A stretch of DNA of 64,000 nt, from contig JAHEEE010000003.1 in the NCBI GenBank assembly GCA_024640845.1, positions 26,257 to 90,256 on the forward strand. Reading direction: 5' to 3'. The DNA comes from Myxococcales bacterium. Lineage in GTDB: Bacteria; Myxococcota_A; Polyangia; Polyangiales; Houyiibacteriaceae. Both the position numbers and the translations under genes were made by a program. Shown here one piece after another: positions 40,861 through 51,304 of this stretch (its first letter is position 1; the number at the start of each line of letters is the position of its first letter). The notes under the pieces were generated by a model. That model was given only the letters and a program-made list of their open reading frames with translations. It was not told the DNA's origin and made no database searches.

Positions 40861-41502
40861 TTACGCGGCGGCCTCTTTGGCTCGCTTCTCGTTCCGCCCG
40901 TCTACAAAGCCCTCGATCAAAATCAAGACCACTCCGATCGTAATCCACGCATCTGCTACGTTGAAGGTTGGATAAGCCCAGCGGTCGTTGAGGTGAAAGC
41001 GGACGAAGTCGACGACGTAGCCGAGGTTGACCCGGTCCACGAAGTTGCCGATCGCGCCGGCGACGATCAGCGGAACACTCACCGCAAATAGGCGTCCACC
41101 GCGGCCGATCATGAACATGCCCAAGAGCAGTACGATGGCGCCTGTGGCGGCTACATAGAAGACGCCCTTGCGGACCAGTGTCGGCATGTCGCGCATGAAG
41201 CCGAAGGCAGCGCCACAGTTCTCCGCGTAGCGAAGCTCAAGATAGCCGTCGATCAAGATGACCGGGGGTTTTTGCGCGCGCTGAGGAAGGATACGGCCGT
41301 ACGCGTCCGGCTCGCACACCGGGTCCGACCCAATCGTCGAGGGCTGCGACAAGCGGTCGAGGGCCCACTCCTTCGAGCCGAGGTCCATTGCGGTCAGCGC
41401 GGTGATGGCAGCCAGGCAAAGGACGATGGCCTTGGGCGAGCGGGTGGTTCGAGACACGGCGGCGGACTCTAACAGGTCGGTTTGACACGTCAAATCAGCC
41501 AT
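40861..41502 (-). CDS. lspA: lipoprotein signal peptidase (signal peptidase II)
   Basis: NFVDRVNLGYVVDF and FNVADAWITIG catalytic-Asp regions, with four TM segments. Confidence 0.9.
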   Translation of the reverse strand: MADLTCQTDLLESAAVSRTTRSPKAIVLCLAAITALTAMDLGSKEWALDRLSQPSTIGSDPVCEPDAYGRILPQRAQKPPVILIDGYLELRYAENCGAAFGFMRDMPTLVRKGVFYVAATGAIVLLLGMFMIGRGGRLFAVSVPLIVAGAIGNFVDRVNLGYVVDFVRFHLNDRWAYPTFNVADAWITIGVVLILIEGFVDGRNEKRAKEAAA

Positions 41503-41533
41503 TTACAGGGTGTGACACAAAAGAGCTGGTTAT

Positions 41534-41552
41534 TGTATCACGTTGTGTTACA
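41534..41552. promoter_or_regulatory. imperfect 19-bp palindrome, candidate operator upstream of the RHH gene
   Basis: TGTATCAC-GTT-GTGTTACA (one arm mismatch) ends 8 nt before ATG 41561. A second small palindrome, GTGTGACAC, lies at 41510-41518. Confidence 0.35.
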
Positions 41553-41560
41553 TCTCCGGC

Positions 41561-42067
41561 ATGGCCGAAGAGGACGGGAAGAAGGTGCGCCAAGAGGCTC
41601 GCAAGGAGCGAGTCCTCCACACGAGGGTGCCGGCCGTGCTCGAGCAGGAGCTCAAGCGGGTGGCAAATGCCTGGCGTGTTCCAGTGTCGAATGTCGTTCG
41701 GGCGCTGCTCGAGGACGCCCTCGATACCCTCGATGTGGTCGGGGCCAAGGCAGAGGACGAGCTGCGCGTCGTGGCAGAGAAGCTCGCTGCTGAGCGCCAA
41801 CGTATCCGTCAGAAGTCGACCGAGCACCGAAGCGAGGAGCCCCGCTCTCCCGTGAAGACGGATCCAGCCGATCCACTCGAGGGCGCGGTGGGCGCGACGC
41901 CCATCACCCTCGTCCACGATGCCACGTGTAGCCTGACCGGAGCAAAGCTTCCCGCCGGGTCCGAAGCATTCATGATTCTGTTCGACGATCCCCGTCGAAA
42001 ACTAGTCACGGGCAAGAACGCCTTGCCCCAAGCATCGACACCCAACGAGGAGAAAGCCGATGACTGA
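41561..42067 (+). CDS. hypothetical protein with an N-terminal ribbon-helix-helix-like segment
   Basis: RVLHTRVPAVLEQELKRVANAWRVPVSNVVRALLEDAL fits a strand-helix-helix pattern. ATG 41561 is preferred over track TTG 41543. Confidence 0.6.
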   Translation: MAEEDGKKVRQEARKERVLHTRVPAVLEQELKRVANAWRVPVSNVVRALLEDALDTLDVVGAKAEDELRVVAEKLAAERQRIRQKSTEHRSEEPRSPVKTDPADPLEGAVGATPITLVHDATCSLTGAKLPAGSEAFMILFDDPRRKLVTGKNALPQASTPNEEKADD

Positions 42068-42311
42068 ACAAGAAAGAATTCAAACCAACGTAGAAGAGAG
42101 CGTCAACGCAGCGGTCGATCAGGTGACCGAAGCGGCAGGCGCCGCCGTCTCGCTCGGTCGTCAGGTTGCCGCGTTGTGGCTTGGCGTTTCGCGCTCAGCC
42201 ATCGATGCAGCGGCCAAGACGCTCAGCACGACATCGGAGATGATTAGCAGCGTCGCCGACTCGATGGGCGAGCTGGCGAAGCGAATCGAAGGTTCGACGA
42301 AGAAGGTCTGA
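42060..42311 (+). CDS. small helical hypothetical protein (83 aa)
   Basis: 8-nt overlap with the upstream gene. Ala/Ser/Val-rich and predicted helical. No family recognised. Confidence 0.55.
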   Translation: MTEQERIQTNVEESVNAAVDQVTEAAGAAVSLGRQVAALWLGVSRSAIDAAAKTLSTTSEMISSVADSMGELAKRIEGSTKKV

Positions 42312-42382
42312 TCTCCGGCCGACGGGTTGGCGGTATCGGCCTGCCACCACCACCGCGCCGTCGACCCGTCGGCTTCTCCTTT

Positions 42383-42937
42383 TCAAGGATCGAGCGGACC
42401 GTGGGACAATCGGCGGCCTTTGCGCAAATGACGAACGGCGTTGATGCCCCATCGGGTCAGGAAATACGTCGGTAGAGCCACGATGATTCCGCACAGCAAA
42501 CCGCCGATCCAGAGCTCGGCGCCCGTGCTGACGAGAAGGTGCCCTGCTGCGTCCCAGAACTCCGCCTCGAAAAGGCCGTTCAGGCCGTCATTCTTCAAAG
42601 CGCGTCCCGTCGTCCCGAGCCACTGCTGGATCGTAGCCTCGGTGACTTCCTTTTCCGGGCGCATCACCGCGGCGCCGACCTTCCAGGTCATGTAGTAGAG
42701 AGGCACCGCAGTGAACGGATTGCTGATGAAGAGGATGGGAATGCCCGACACCTTGTTGGCCTGGAGCAGCGTGGCGATCGGAATGTAGATCAGAATCTGC
42801 AGCCCGAGCGTCGGCGTAAACGCGATGATCGTGCCGATGAACACTCCCCATGCGATTCGGTGCGGTGTGTCGTCGAGGTGGAGGATGTTGTGGACGACGA
42901 TCTGCTGAAGACGTCGCCACACGTTTTTGAGGTTCAT
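42383..42937 (-). CDS. DUF2062-family membrane protein
   Basis: Contains TPHRIAWGVFIGTIIAFTPTLGLQILIYIPIATLL. 4-nt overlap with the upstream oxoprolinase gene. Confidence 0.7.
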   Translation of the reverse strand: MNLKNVWRRLQQIVVHNILHLDDTPHRIAWGVFIGTIIAFTPTLGLQILIYIPIATLLQANKVSGIPILFISNPFTAVPLYYMTWKVGAAVMRPEKEVTEATIQQWLGTTGRALKNDGLNGLFEAEFWDAAGHLLVSTGAELWIGGLLCGIIVALPTYFLTRWGINAVRHLRKGRRLSHGPLDP

Positions 42938-45900
42938 CGCGGATTACCCCAGGCGCCGCCTCCCGGCGTTTCAACGCGCAAGACGTCTCCAGGCGATACC
43001 TCGACGGTGACGTTGTGTTCTAGTGGCCTGCCGTTGAGTAGATTCATGCCCGCCGCCCCTGGGCCGCCGCCGCGCATACCATAGGGCACGGTAATGCGCC
43101 GCTCCGAAACCACAGAAACTCTCATTGGCGCAAGGAATTCGAGCTCGCGAACCAACCCATCACCTCCGGGCTGCGCGCCTCGACCGCCCGACCCGGGTCG
43201 CAGCGAGAATCGTCGTACTCGGATGGGGAAGCGGGTCTCGAGAACCTCTGGGTCCGTGCATTTGGAGTTCGTCATGTGTGTGTGCACGCCGGACGCTCCG
43301 GGGCGCGAAGCGGTCGCCCCGGAGCCGCCGCCGAGCGTCTCGTAATACGCCAGTTGTTCGTCGCCGAACGTGATGTTGTTCATGGTCCCTTGGCTAGCGG
43401 CAGCGAGGCGTAGCGCTCCAAGGAGCACATCGACGATGCGCTGCGAGGTCTCGACGTTACCCGCGGCCACCGCCCGCTCGGGCTCGGGAGACAACAGCGA
43501 GTGCTCGGGAATCCGAATGCTCACCGGGCGGAGGCAGCCGCTGTTCAGCGGGATTGGTTTTCCGATCATCAGGCGCAGGACGTAGAGCACGGCCGCCATC
43601 GTCACCGCGCGCGGCGCGTTGAGGTTGCTATCGACCGCGCCATCCGTTCCCGTGAAGTCGATCTCCATGGCGCGGCCGTCCACGGTGACCTTGACCGCAA
43701 TTCGCGCGCCGTCGTCGAGGCGATCCTCGAAACGGTGTTCTCCATCGGGCAAGTCCGAAATTGCGCGGGCTGTCAGGTCCGCCGCGTTGTCTTGGATGTG
43801 CTGCATGTACGCTTCAACGACGTCCAATCCGTAGCGTCCGAGGAGGTCCTCGAGAAGCTGCACGCCCTTCTCGTTTGCGGCGATCTGAGCCCGGATGTCG
43901 GCGATGTTCTCGTCTGGGTTCCGCGCAGGATACGGCCCTTTGGCGAGGGCGTTGCGAAGCCTTCTCTCGTCGAAGATGCCTTCGGTCACGATCCTGAGAC
44001 TTCGGAGGACCACACCCTCCTCTTCGAGGCTGCGGGAGAAAGGAGGCATCGATCCGGGCGTCAGCCCACCTACATCGGCGTGGTGCCCGCGGGACGCAAC
44101 CACGAAGCGCAGGGCTCCTGCGTCATCGTGCACCGGCGTCACCACCGTGATGTCCGGAAGATGCGAACCGCCCGCCGACGGATCGTTGGTCACGAAGACG
44201 TCGCCCGGCTGGCTATTCGGGTGCGCCTCGAGCACGGCCCGAACCGATTCGCTCATCGCGCCGAGATGTACCGGGATGTGCGGAGCGTTCGCGACCAAGT
44301 CCCCATCTGCGTCGAAGACCGCGCACGAGAAGTCGAGACGGTCGCGGATGTTGGTGCTCATCGCGGTGCGCTGAAGGACGATGCCCATCTGCTCCGCGAT
44401 CGAAGTGAACTGGTTGTTGAAGACCTCGAGCAGAACCGGGTCGACCTCGTCGTCGACCTCGTCGTCGGCATCGGCGGCGACGCGTTGGCTGCCGTGAGTC
44501 GCGTCGTGAAGGATGAGGTAGTCGCGTACATCGCGAACGGCCGTGAACCCGGTGTCGACGACGACGGCGCCGGTGGTGTCGAGGATTAACGCCGGACCAG
44601 CGATCTCGGTATCGAGGGGGAAGTCTTCCCTGAGGTAAACCGGGGCCTCGACGAGTGCGTCGCCCGACCAGAGCAGCGTCGTGCGCTCGGGGACTCCGCT
44701 GCCGGGCCGCACTTCGGGTAGCTCGGGCTTCGCGCTTCGGAGCTCGACGCCGACCCGGAGCGTCGAAGCCTCGATGGGATGCGAGGGGCGTGTGTATCCG
44801 AACTCGCGCCGATGCAGAGCTTCGAACGCTGTGCGCATCGTCGCGGGCTCGTCGAAGTCGACGTCGAGTGCAGTCTCGGTGCCACGATAGCGGAGCGCAA
44901 CACTTCTGCGAACGCGCCACACCGCGTCGTCACCGGCGTCGCCCTCGAGCGCGCGACGTCCGGCTGCCTCGAGCGCGGCAAATGCACCATCCCACTCTTC
45001 GGGCCATGCGTCTTCGAGCCTTCGCCGTCTTGCGTCCCTCTCTCCGTGCCATTCGAAGTTGGCGACACCCATGCCGAAAGCCGAGAGAGCACCTGCGTAG
45101 GGGTGAAATACGAGCTGCCGCATCCCGAGGCGTCGCGCGATCAAGCACGCGTACTGCCCTCCAGCTCCGCCGAAGACGACCATGCTGTGGGTCCGTACAT
45201 CATGGCCGCGGCTGATAGACACCTTCTGAATTGCAGCCGCCATGTTCTCCACCGCAACGCGCAGGAACCCGACGGCGATTTCAGTCGGCGTTCGGTCGAC
45301 CCCGATCGCGCAAAGTGATTCGGCAACGCGCTCGAGCTCACGTTCCACCGGCGCCCGAGCAAGCGCGAATGGAAAGCGGTCCGCAGCGATGCGCCCGAGC
45401 ACTAGGGACACATCGGTCAGCGCGAGCTCCGCGGCTGCCGGGTTGCCGTAACAAAGCGGTCCGGGGTGGGCGCCCGCGCTTCGGGGACCAACCGTCATGC
45501 GCTTGCCTTCCAGTGAGCAGATCGAGCCCCCGCCCGAAGCGACCGTATGGAGCTCGATCATCGGAGCTCGGATGCGCACGCCGCCGATCTGACTCTCGAA
45601 GACACGGATGACTTCGCCCGCGTATCGTGAGACATCGGTCGATGTGCCGCCCATGTCGAAGCCGATCACTTCGGTGGACCCGATCTCGTCGGCAACGGCG
45701 CCGGCGGCAACGACACCTGCAGCGGGCCCGGACAGCACCGCGTTGCGACCGATGAAGCCGGCTGCGTCCACCAGCCCCCCATTGCTTTGCATCATCCGAA
45801 GCCTGCCAGCGCCGAGGTCCCGTTCGAGTTGTTCCATGTAGTCGGTCAGCAGCGGTGTCAGATAGGCGTTCGCCGCGGCGGTGTCGGTGCGGCCGAGCAG

Positions 45901-46491
45901 TCCGAGCTCGTGGGAGATCTCGTGCGATAGGGAGATGTGGGCGAAGCCGAGCTCCCTCGCGAGGTCTCCGACTCTCTGCTCGAGGGCCCCATCCCGGTAT
46001 GCATGAATCAGCGATACGGCGACCGACATCACACCTGCGTCTCGCGCCTGCCGGAGCGCCTCTCGGAGCCCCTGGGGGTCGAGCGGCCGAAGGACCGTGC
46101 CGTCCGCACCTGTGCGGGCTGCGATTTCAATCACGGATTGCGGAAGCGGAGGAGGCTTTTCGATCGCCAAGGCGAATAGATCCGGCCGGGTCTGATCGCC
46201 GATGATGCCGAGGTCGCCGAGCCCCTCGTTCGCCACGAGCACGCAGGGGCATCCAGCCCGCTCGAGGAGGGCGTTGGTCGCGAGCGTCGTGCCCATGCGG
46301 ACGTCGGCCGGCGGGATCGGATCGTCCGCTTGGAGCCCGAAGAGCGCCCGAATTCCAGTGATCGGGGCGAGATCCGAAGAGAGAACCTTCGTTACCCGAA
46401 GAGCGCCGGTCTGCCGATCGCGATGGATGCAATCGGTGAACGTGCCGCCACGGTCGATCCAGAACTCGTGCCGCGGGGCTCGTCGTGCCAT
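42934..46491 (-). CDS. 5-oxoprolinase / hydantoinase A-B fusion (ATP-hydrolysing)
   Basis: The N-terminal HyuA-like part has [10 protein letters not shown], and the C-terminal part is HyuB-like. About 1185 aa. ATG 46491 is preferred over 46503. Confidence 0.88.
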   Translation of the reverse strand: MARRAPRHEFWIDRGGTFTDCIHRDRQTGALRVTKVLSSDLAPITGIRALFGLQADDPIPPADVRMGTTLATNALLERAGCPCVLVANEGLGDLGIIGDQTRPDLFALAIEKPPPLPQSVIEIAARTGADGTVLRPLDPQGLREALRQARDAGVMSVAVSLIHAYRDGALEQRVGDLARELGFAHISLSHEISHELGLLGRTDTAAANAYLTPLLTDYMEQLERDLGAGRLRMMQSNGGLVDAAGFIGRNAVLSGPAAGVVAAGAVADEIGSTEVIGFDMGGTSTDVSRYAGEVIRVFESQIGGVRIRAPMIELHTVASGGGSICSLEGKRMTVGPRSAGAHPGPLCYGNPAAAELALTDVSLVLGRIAADRFPFALARAPVERELERVAESLCAIGVDRTPTEIAVGFLRVAVENMAAAIQKVSISRGHDVRTHSMVVFGGAGGQYACLIARRLGMRQLVFHPYAGALSAFGMGVANFEWHGERDARRRRLEDAWPEEWDGAFAALEAAGRRALEGDAGDDAVWRVRRSVALRYRGTETALDVDFDEPATMRTAFEALHRREFGYTRPSHPIEASTLRVGVELRSAKPELPEVRPGSGVPERTTLLWSGDALVEAPVYLREDFPLDTEIAGPALILDTTGAVVVDTGFTAVRDVRDYLILHDATHGSQRVAADADDEVDDEVDPVLLEVFNNQFTSIAEQMGIVLQRTAMSTNIRDRLDFSCAVFDADGDLVANAPHIPVHLGAMSESVRAVLEAHPNSQPGDVFVTNDPSAGGSHLPDITVVTPVHDDAGALRFVVASRGHHADVGGLTPGSMPPFSRSLEEEGVVLRSLRIVTEGIFDERRLRNALAKGPYPARNPDENIADIRAQIAANEKGVQLLEDLLGRYGLDVVEAYMQHIQDNAADLTARAISDLPDGEHRFEDRLDDGARIAVKVTVDGRAMEIDFTGTDGAVDSNLNAPRAVTMAAVLYVLRLMIGKPIPLNSGCLRPVSIRIPEHSLLSPEPERAVAAGNVETSQRIVDVLLGALRLAAASQGTMNNITFGDEQLAYYETLGGGSGATASRPGASGVHTHMTNSKCTDPEVLETRFPIRVRRFSLRPGSGGRGAQPGGDGLVRELEFLAPMRVSVVSERRITVPYGMRGGGPGAAGMNLLNGRPLEHNVTVEVSPGDVLRVETPGGGAWGNPR

Positions 46492-46689
46492 CGAGATCTG
46501 CATCGAAGCACGGCCATTCGCGGGGTCAAGAGCGCGTTCGCGATCTGCGTATTTGTGTGCAGAAGTCGCCCGAACAGCTTACAACGATGGCACAAATGGC
46601 CACGTTGACGGTATGTCGGGCGCAATTTTCTGGTTTTCAAACGGGTTTCCTGGACTTATACAGGCGAGCAAGTCAAGGAACTTAGGACG

Positions 46690-48018
46690 ATGGACACGGA
46701 AGAATTCACTGTCTCGTCCGTGATACCCGCGAGCCCAAACCGTATTTATTCTGCGTGGATGGACGAGCGCCACCACAGTGCTTTCACGGGAGCACGGGCA
46801 ACGGTGGACCCCTGGGTAGGCGGGCGAGTGGTTGCGCACGATGGTTTCATCGATGCGACACACGTCTATCTCGTGACCGGTAGCCGCATCGCGATGACCT
46901 GGCGAACCCGTGATTTCCCTAAGGGTGCAAACGACTCTCAGGTGGACATCACGTTTGACCCGATCGCCGGGGGCACGAAGGTCCAGGTCACTCAGACCAA
47001 GATTCCGGCGGGTCTCGGGGAAGCCTGCGAGTCGATCTGGAAGAACCTCTACCTCGAGCCCATGAGGGAGTATTTCTCGAAACCTGGCGCGATGAAGGCC
47101 GCATACGATGCTGCGAAGAAGGCCGGCCACCTTCCCCTCTCTGGAATCAAGGCAAGCCGGCCGGCTCCGAGGAGGCCATTTGTGCCGCCCCCGCAGCTCC
47201 CCGTCGAAGAGGACGCCGGGGATGAGGAGAAGCCCAAGAAGACCCGCAAGCGGGTCGAGGCGAAGGCTATCGACCTCCGCGAGCTCGCAAAGGCTCAGGC
47301 TGAGGCGCGCAAGGAAGCGGCCCGCAAGAAGGCCGAGGCAAAGAAGAAGGCGGAGGCCGCGCGTCGTGCAGCCGAGGCAGCCCGCAAGAAGGCCGAGGAC
47401 AAGAAGAAAGCGGAGCAGCTTCGCCTGAAGAAGGCGGAAGCGAAGCGCATCGCTGACGAGAAGCGCAAGGCCGCGCTCGAGAAGAAACGGGCAGCGGCGA
47501 AGAAGAAGGCCGAGGCGAAGAAGAAGGCCGAGGCCAAAAAGAAGGCCGAGCTAGCCCGCAAGAAGGCGGCAGCGAAGAAAAAGGCGGACCTAGCCAAGAA
47601 GAAGGCGGCAGCCAAGAAGAAGGCCGAGGCGAAGAAAAAGGCGGCAGCCAAGAAAAAGGCGGCAGCCAAGAAGAAGGCCGAGGCGAAGAAGAAGGCGGCA
47701 GCGAAGAAGAAGGCGGCAGCGAAGAAGAAGGCGGCCGCGAAGAAGACGAAGAAGCGCCCGACGAAGAAGCGTGCTTCGAGCAAGAAGCGCCCGACGAAGA
47801 AGCGGGCCCCGAGCAAGAAGCGTCCGACGAAGAAGCGGGCCCCGAGCAAGAAGCGTCCGACGAAGAAGCGGGCCCCGAGCAAGAAGCGTCCGACGAAGAA
47901 GCGGGCCCCAAGCAAGAAGCGCCCGACGAAGAAGCGCGCTGCGCCAAAGCGATCCGCCAAGAAGAAAGCCGCCCCGAAGAAGCGCCCGACCAAGAAGACG
48001 AAGCGGCGCAGGCGCTAG
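46690..48018 (+). CDS. SRPBCC (AHSA1-like) domain protein fused to a long Lys/Ala-rich histone-H1-like tail
   Basis: The N-terminal ~135 aa start FTVSSVIPASPNRIYSAWMDERHHSAFTG...VQVTQTKIP. These are followed by AKKKA[EA] hexapeptide repeats and six KKRPTKKRAPS repeats. Confidence 0.85.
   Translation: MDTEEFTVSSVIPASPNRIYSAWMDERHHSAFTGARATVDPWVGGRVVAHDGFIDATHVYLVTGSRIAMTWRTRDFPKGANDSQVDITFDPIAGGTKVQVTQTKIPAGLGEACESIWKNLYLEPMREYFSKPGAMKAAYDAAKKAGHLPLSGIKASRPAPRRPFVPPPQLPVEEDAGDEEKPKKTRKRVEAKAIDLRELAKAQAEARKEAARKKAEAKKKAEAARRAAEAARKKAEDKKKAEQLRLKKAEAKRIADEKRKAALEKKRAAAKKKAEAKKKAEAKKKAELARKKAAAKKKADLAKKKAAAKKKAEAKKKAAAKKKAAAKKKAEAKKKAAAKKKAAAKKKAAAKKTKKRPTKKRASSKKRPTKKRAPSKKRPTKKRAPSKKRPTKKRAPSKKRPTKKRAPSKKRPTKKRAAPKRSAKKKAAPKKRPTKKTKRRRR
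47749..47946 (+). repeat. six tandem 33-bp coding repeats (KKRPTKKRAPS)
   Basis: AAGAAGCG(C/T)CCGACGAAGAAGCGGGCCCCGAGC occurs six times head to tail. The inner copies are identical or differ by 1 nt. It is preceded by 18-bp AKKKAE-type repeats from about 47497 to 47745. Confidence 0.9.
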
Positions 48019-48058
48019 CGCAAGGCAGCGCCGTCCCCGACGGTGTGCAACTCCGGCC

Positions 48059-48595
48059 TCATGGGTGCTCGCCAAGCGGCGATTCCGATTGGCGCCGCAG
48101 GCCGACCAGGAGCGAGCCGAGGGTGCGGTGCTCTTCCGCGCGTTCGATGACACTCACTTCTTCGAGCGTCTCGTCGCTCTTGCTTGCGTCAAGCCAGAGC
48201 TGCATCACATCGAGCGCGGGGATGAGCCTGAGGCTTCTGCCTGGGAGAACCATCGCAGCCGTGGTCACCATGGACTCTCGCAACGCGCCAGCGATCACAG
48301 AGCAGGCCCTCTTCGCGACGCTCCGATCGAACGAGTTCATGGGCCCAAGGCCGACCAGGAGCAGGCCTTCGGCTTTGAGCCTAGGTGGCGCGGCGATCAT
48401 CCCTTTCTCGCCGAAATGGCCGTCGAGGTGACCCGCGAGTAGTTTGCGAGACAGCGCTCCGCACATGCGCCAATCGATCAGAGCTGCGGCACCCGTTAGA
48501 GGGCGCTCGTCCGAAAAAAAAGGCAGCACGATCACTTCGGCCTGGAGCCGGTCGAGGCTGTCCACGGAGGACGCGACGAATTCGTACGCGGTCAC
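48059..48595 (-). CDS. conserved hypothetical protein (178 aa), possibly aminopeptidase-M17 N-terminal-domain-like
   Basis: GTGA overlap with the nusB stop. Protein-like composition (AEVIVLPFFSDERPLTGAAALIDWR). The family call is tentative. Confidence 0.6.
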   Translation of the reverse strand: MTAYEFVASSVDSLDRLQAEVIVLPFFSDERPLTGAAALIDWRMCGALSRKLLAGHLDGHFGEKGMIAAPPRLKAEGLLLVGLGPMNSFDRSVAKRACSVIAGALRESMVTTAAMVLPGRSLRLIPALDVMQLWLDASKSDETLEEVSVIERAEEHRTLGSLLVGLRRQSESPLGEHP

Positions 48596-49011
48596 GGCTT
48601 TCCAAGCTCGGTCGCGATGCGGTCGAGCACCCCGTTCACGAACGAGCCGCTTCCTTCCGAACCGAAGCGCTTCGCCAACTCGACGGCTTCGTTGAGGGTC
48701 ACGCGCTTGGGGATGTCCTTCATCGTCCGCAGCTCGACGATGGCCACGCGAAGTACGTTGCGGTCCACAATAGGCATCCGTTCCAATCGCCAGTGGTGAC
48801 TGGACGAGCGAATGAGCTCGTTCACTTCGCTCTCGGTCTCTGCATACGAATGGACGATCTGGTTTGCGAAACTCTGCTCATCAGAAGCCTCTGGGCTCTC
48901 GACGAGGTGCCCCCAGTAGTGCTTGATCGCCTGCGCGCCGCTCACGCCGGACACATCCATGAAGTACAGGATGCGCAACGCTGCTTCACGCCCTTTTCGT
49001 CGTGATCCCAT
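48592..49011 (-). CDS. nusB: transcription antitermination factor NusB
   Basis: The protein starts RRKGREAALRILYFMD, in ribH-nusB synteny. 139 aa. Confidence 0.92.
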   Translation of the reverse strand: MGSRRKGREAALRILYFMDVSGVSGAQAIKHYWGHLVESPEASDEQSFANQIVHSYAETESEVNELIRSSSHHWRLERMPIVDRNVLRVAIVELRTMKDIPKRVTLNEAVELAKRFGSEGSGSFVNGVLDRIATELGKP

Positions 49012-49492
49012 CGTCGGCCAGCTTGCGATCGAACAGTGCCATCTCGATGGCCGTCAGCGCGGCGTCCCGGCCTTTGTTGCCGTGGTCGCCGCCCGCGCGG
49101 TCCATTGCTTGCGCCTCGTCATCGGTGGTTAGCACACCAAACACCACGGCAACACCCGTGTCGAGCGCGACTCGTCCAATACCGAGGGCGGTGCCCTGCG
49201 AAACGTAGTCGAAGTGAGGGGTGCCGCCGCGAATGATCGCGCCAAGCGCGACCACCGCGTCGAATCGGCCGCTCTTCGCGAGCTGCTGCGATGCATACGG
49301 GAGCTCCCACGCCCCCGGTACCTCCGCGACGTAGAGCGCGCTCGGGTCGACCCCGTGCTCGGAAAAGCACGCCTTGGCGCCATCGAGGAGCCTGCTGACG
49401 ATCGCGTAGTTGAAGCGCGACCAGACGATGGCGAATCGCGCGTCGGCGGGCGCTCGAACCTCTCGGAGAGGCGGGTTCTGGTCCTGGCTCAC
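48986..49492 (-). CDS. ribH: 6,7-dimethyl-8-ribityllumazine synthase
   Basis: Contains ARFAIVWSRFNYAIVSRLLDGA and VPGAWELP. 168 aa. Confidence 0.93.
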   Translation of the reverse strand: MSQDQNPPLREVRAPADARFAIVWSRFNYAIVSRLLDGAKACFSEHGVDPSALYVAEVPGAWELPYASQQLAKSGRFDAVVALGAIIRGGTPHFDYVSQGTALGIGRVALDTGVAVVFGVLTTDDEAQAMDRAGGDHGNKGRDAALTAIEMALFDRKLADDGITTKRA

Positions 49493-50643
49493 GACACCTC
49501 CCCCGTCGGAGGATTCGCTGGGCCGAGCTCGCCACCGGGCGAGACACTGAGTTGGTCGACCACCTCGAGTCCGTATGCGTCGAGGCTCGGCATTCGTCGC
49601 GGCCGGTTGGTGAGGATACGGAGTTGCTGAAGCCCGAGGTCCGACAGGACCTGTGCGCCAAAGCCGTACTCCCGCAGCACGACGCCCGGTTCTTCGGGAG
49701 GACGCGAAATCGGCTCGCCCAAGTAGAATGCAAGATCGGTTTCGGGGTCGGGGTGACCGGGCAAAAATAGAATGACTCCGTTGCCCTCTCGTTCGATGGC
49801 CGCAACGCAGTCGGCGATGTGCACGCGTTCTCCCATGCGTACTTGGAACGCGTCGCCGAGTACGCTGCCTCGGTGCACTCGAACCATGGTTGGCTCGGGC
49901 GTAACGCGGCCGTAGCTAAGTGCCATGAACTGCTGCCGATCGTCGACTTGCACCTGGTAGACCGAAGCCGTCCACGTTCGACCGGTCGGCATCTTGACCG
50001 GGGTTTGCCGAATGCGCGTGACGAGACGCTCGCGCGCGAGACGGTACTGAATCAAATCGGCGATGGTGAGGAGGCGCAGATTGTGCGCTTCGGCGAAGGC
50101 GACCAGGTCCGGATAGCGGGCCATGGTGCCATCGTCTTTCATGATCTCGCAGATCACGCTTGCAGGCTTCAGGCCGGCGAGCCGTGACAGATCCACGGAG
50201 CCCTCGGTGTGCCCCGTTCGCTGAAGTACGCCACCCGGCACCGCCTTTAGTGGAAATACGTGGCCGGGGCTCACGAGGTCGGCCGGGCTGGCGTCGTCGG
50301 CGACCGCGGTGAGGATCGTGTGCGCACGGTCAGCAGCGCTGATACCGGTCGTTACCCCGTGACGGGCTTCGATGGAAATCGTGAACGCCGTGGAACGTGA
50401 CGAGCGGTTGTCGTCGACCATCATCGGCAGGTCGAGCTGACGAATGCGATCCTCGGTGAGGCTGAGGCACACCAGCCCGCGCGCATGCCGTGCCATGAAG
50501 TTGATCGTTTCCGCATCCGCCATCTCGGCAGCCATGCAAACGTCGCCTTCGTTTTCGCGGTCCTCGTCGTCGACCAGGATGACCATCTTGCCTCGGCGAA
50601 TGTCATCCAGTGCCGCGACGACCCGCTCGATCGCGCTCGTCAT
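49489..50643 (-). CDS. ribBA: bifunctional 3,4-dihydroxy-2-butanone-4-phosphate synthase / GTP cyclohydrolase II
   Basis: Contains [11 protein letters not shown], plus a C-terminal cyclohydrolase II part. ATG 50643 (MTSAIERV) is preferred over 50694. Confidence 0.93.
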   Translation of the reverse strand: MTSAIERVVAALDDIRRGKMVILVDDEDRENEGDVCMAAEMADAETINFMARHARGLVCLSLTEDRIRQLDLPMMVDDNRSSRSTAFTISIEARHGVTTGISAADRAHTILTAVADDASPADLVSPGHVFPLKAVPGGVLQRTGHTEGSVDLSRLAGLKPASVICEIMKDDGTMARYPDLVAFAEAHNLRLLTIADLIQYRLARERLVTRIRQTPVKMPTGRTWTASVYQVQVDDRQQFMALSYGRVTPEPTMVRVHRGSVLGDAFQVRMGERVHIADCVAAIEREGNGVILFLPGHPDPETDLAFYLGEPISRPPEEPGVVLREYGFGAQVLSDLGLQQLRILTNRPRRMPSLDAYGLEVVDQLSVSPGGELGPANPPTGEVS

Positions 50644-50698
50644 ATGGCGGCCACCATGACGCGAAAGTACGCGCCATACCAGGGGAAGCTGCAATTCA

Positions 50699-51304
50699 TC
50701 AGTCGCCGGGCGCGTCTACGCCGGGCTTGCCGAGCAAGCTGGCCACGTACTTCGCCAAGATGTCGACCTCGAGGTTCACGCGGGCGCCCGACAGCATTCG
50801 CCCGAACGTGGTTTCGTCGAGCGTATACGGTACCAACATGACGTCGAAACACCTGCCTGCGACAGCGTTCACAGTGAGGCTGACGCCGTTGACGGTGATC
50901 GATCCCTTGGGCGCGAGGAAAGGCGCGAGTGGTTTCGGCACCTCGAAGGTGACCCGGAGGTAGTCACCTTCGGTCTCTCGTCCGACGAGGGTTCCGACGC
51001 CGTCGACGTGCCCGGTTACGAGATGGCCGCCGAGTCGGTCCCCAAGCGCCATCGCCCGCTCGAGGTGAACACGGTCGCCAGTCGACAGGTCGCCCAGGTT
51101 CGTCTTGTCCAGCGTCTCCGGCGAGGCGTCGGCGTCGAAATGCGTCTCCGAGAACGATTTTACCGTGAGGCAGGTTCCGTTGACCGCAATCGACTCCCCA
51201 AGCGTGTAGGGATGGAGTGCGCACGCGATTCGAACGGACAGACCGTCCTTCCCGCGGTCGAGAGCCTCGATGGTGCCGACCTGTTCTATCAAGCCTGTGA
51301 ACAT
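50699..51304 (-). CDS. ribE: riboflavin synthase
   Basis: The protein starts MFTGLIEQVG, with an internal duplication (SIAVNGTCLTV / SITVNGVSLTV). Confidence 0.94.
   Translation of the reverse strand: MFTGLIEQVGTIEALDRGKDGLSVRIACALHPYTLGESIAVNGTCLTVKSFSETHFDADASPETLDKTNLGDLSTGDRVHLERAMALGDRLGGHLVTGHVDGVGTLVGRETEGDYLRVTFEVPKPLAPFLAPKGSITVNGVSLTVNAVAGRCFDVMLVPYTLDETTFGRMLSGARVNLEVDILAKYVASLLGKPGVDAPGD

Noticed and set aside
40861-41502. lspA is convergent with ileS rather than co-directional downstream of it.
   Set aside because: This is only a local inversion of a common synteny. Both genes look intact, and it carries no further signal.
47230-47950. Highly regular 18-bp and 33-bp repeats that could be mistaken for a CRISPR or satellite array.
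   Set aside because: The repeats are contiguous with no spacers, in-frame, and encode K/A-rich peptide repeats inside a 442-aa ORF with a normal N-terminal domain.
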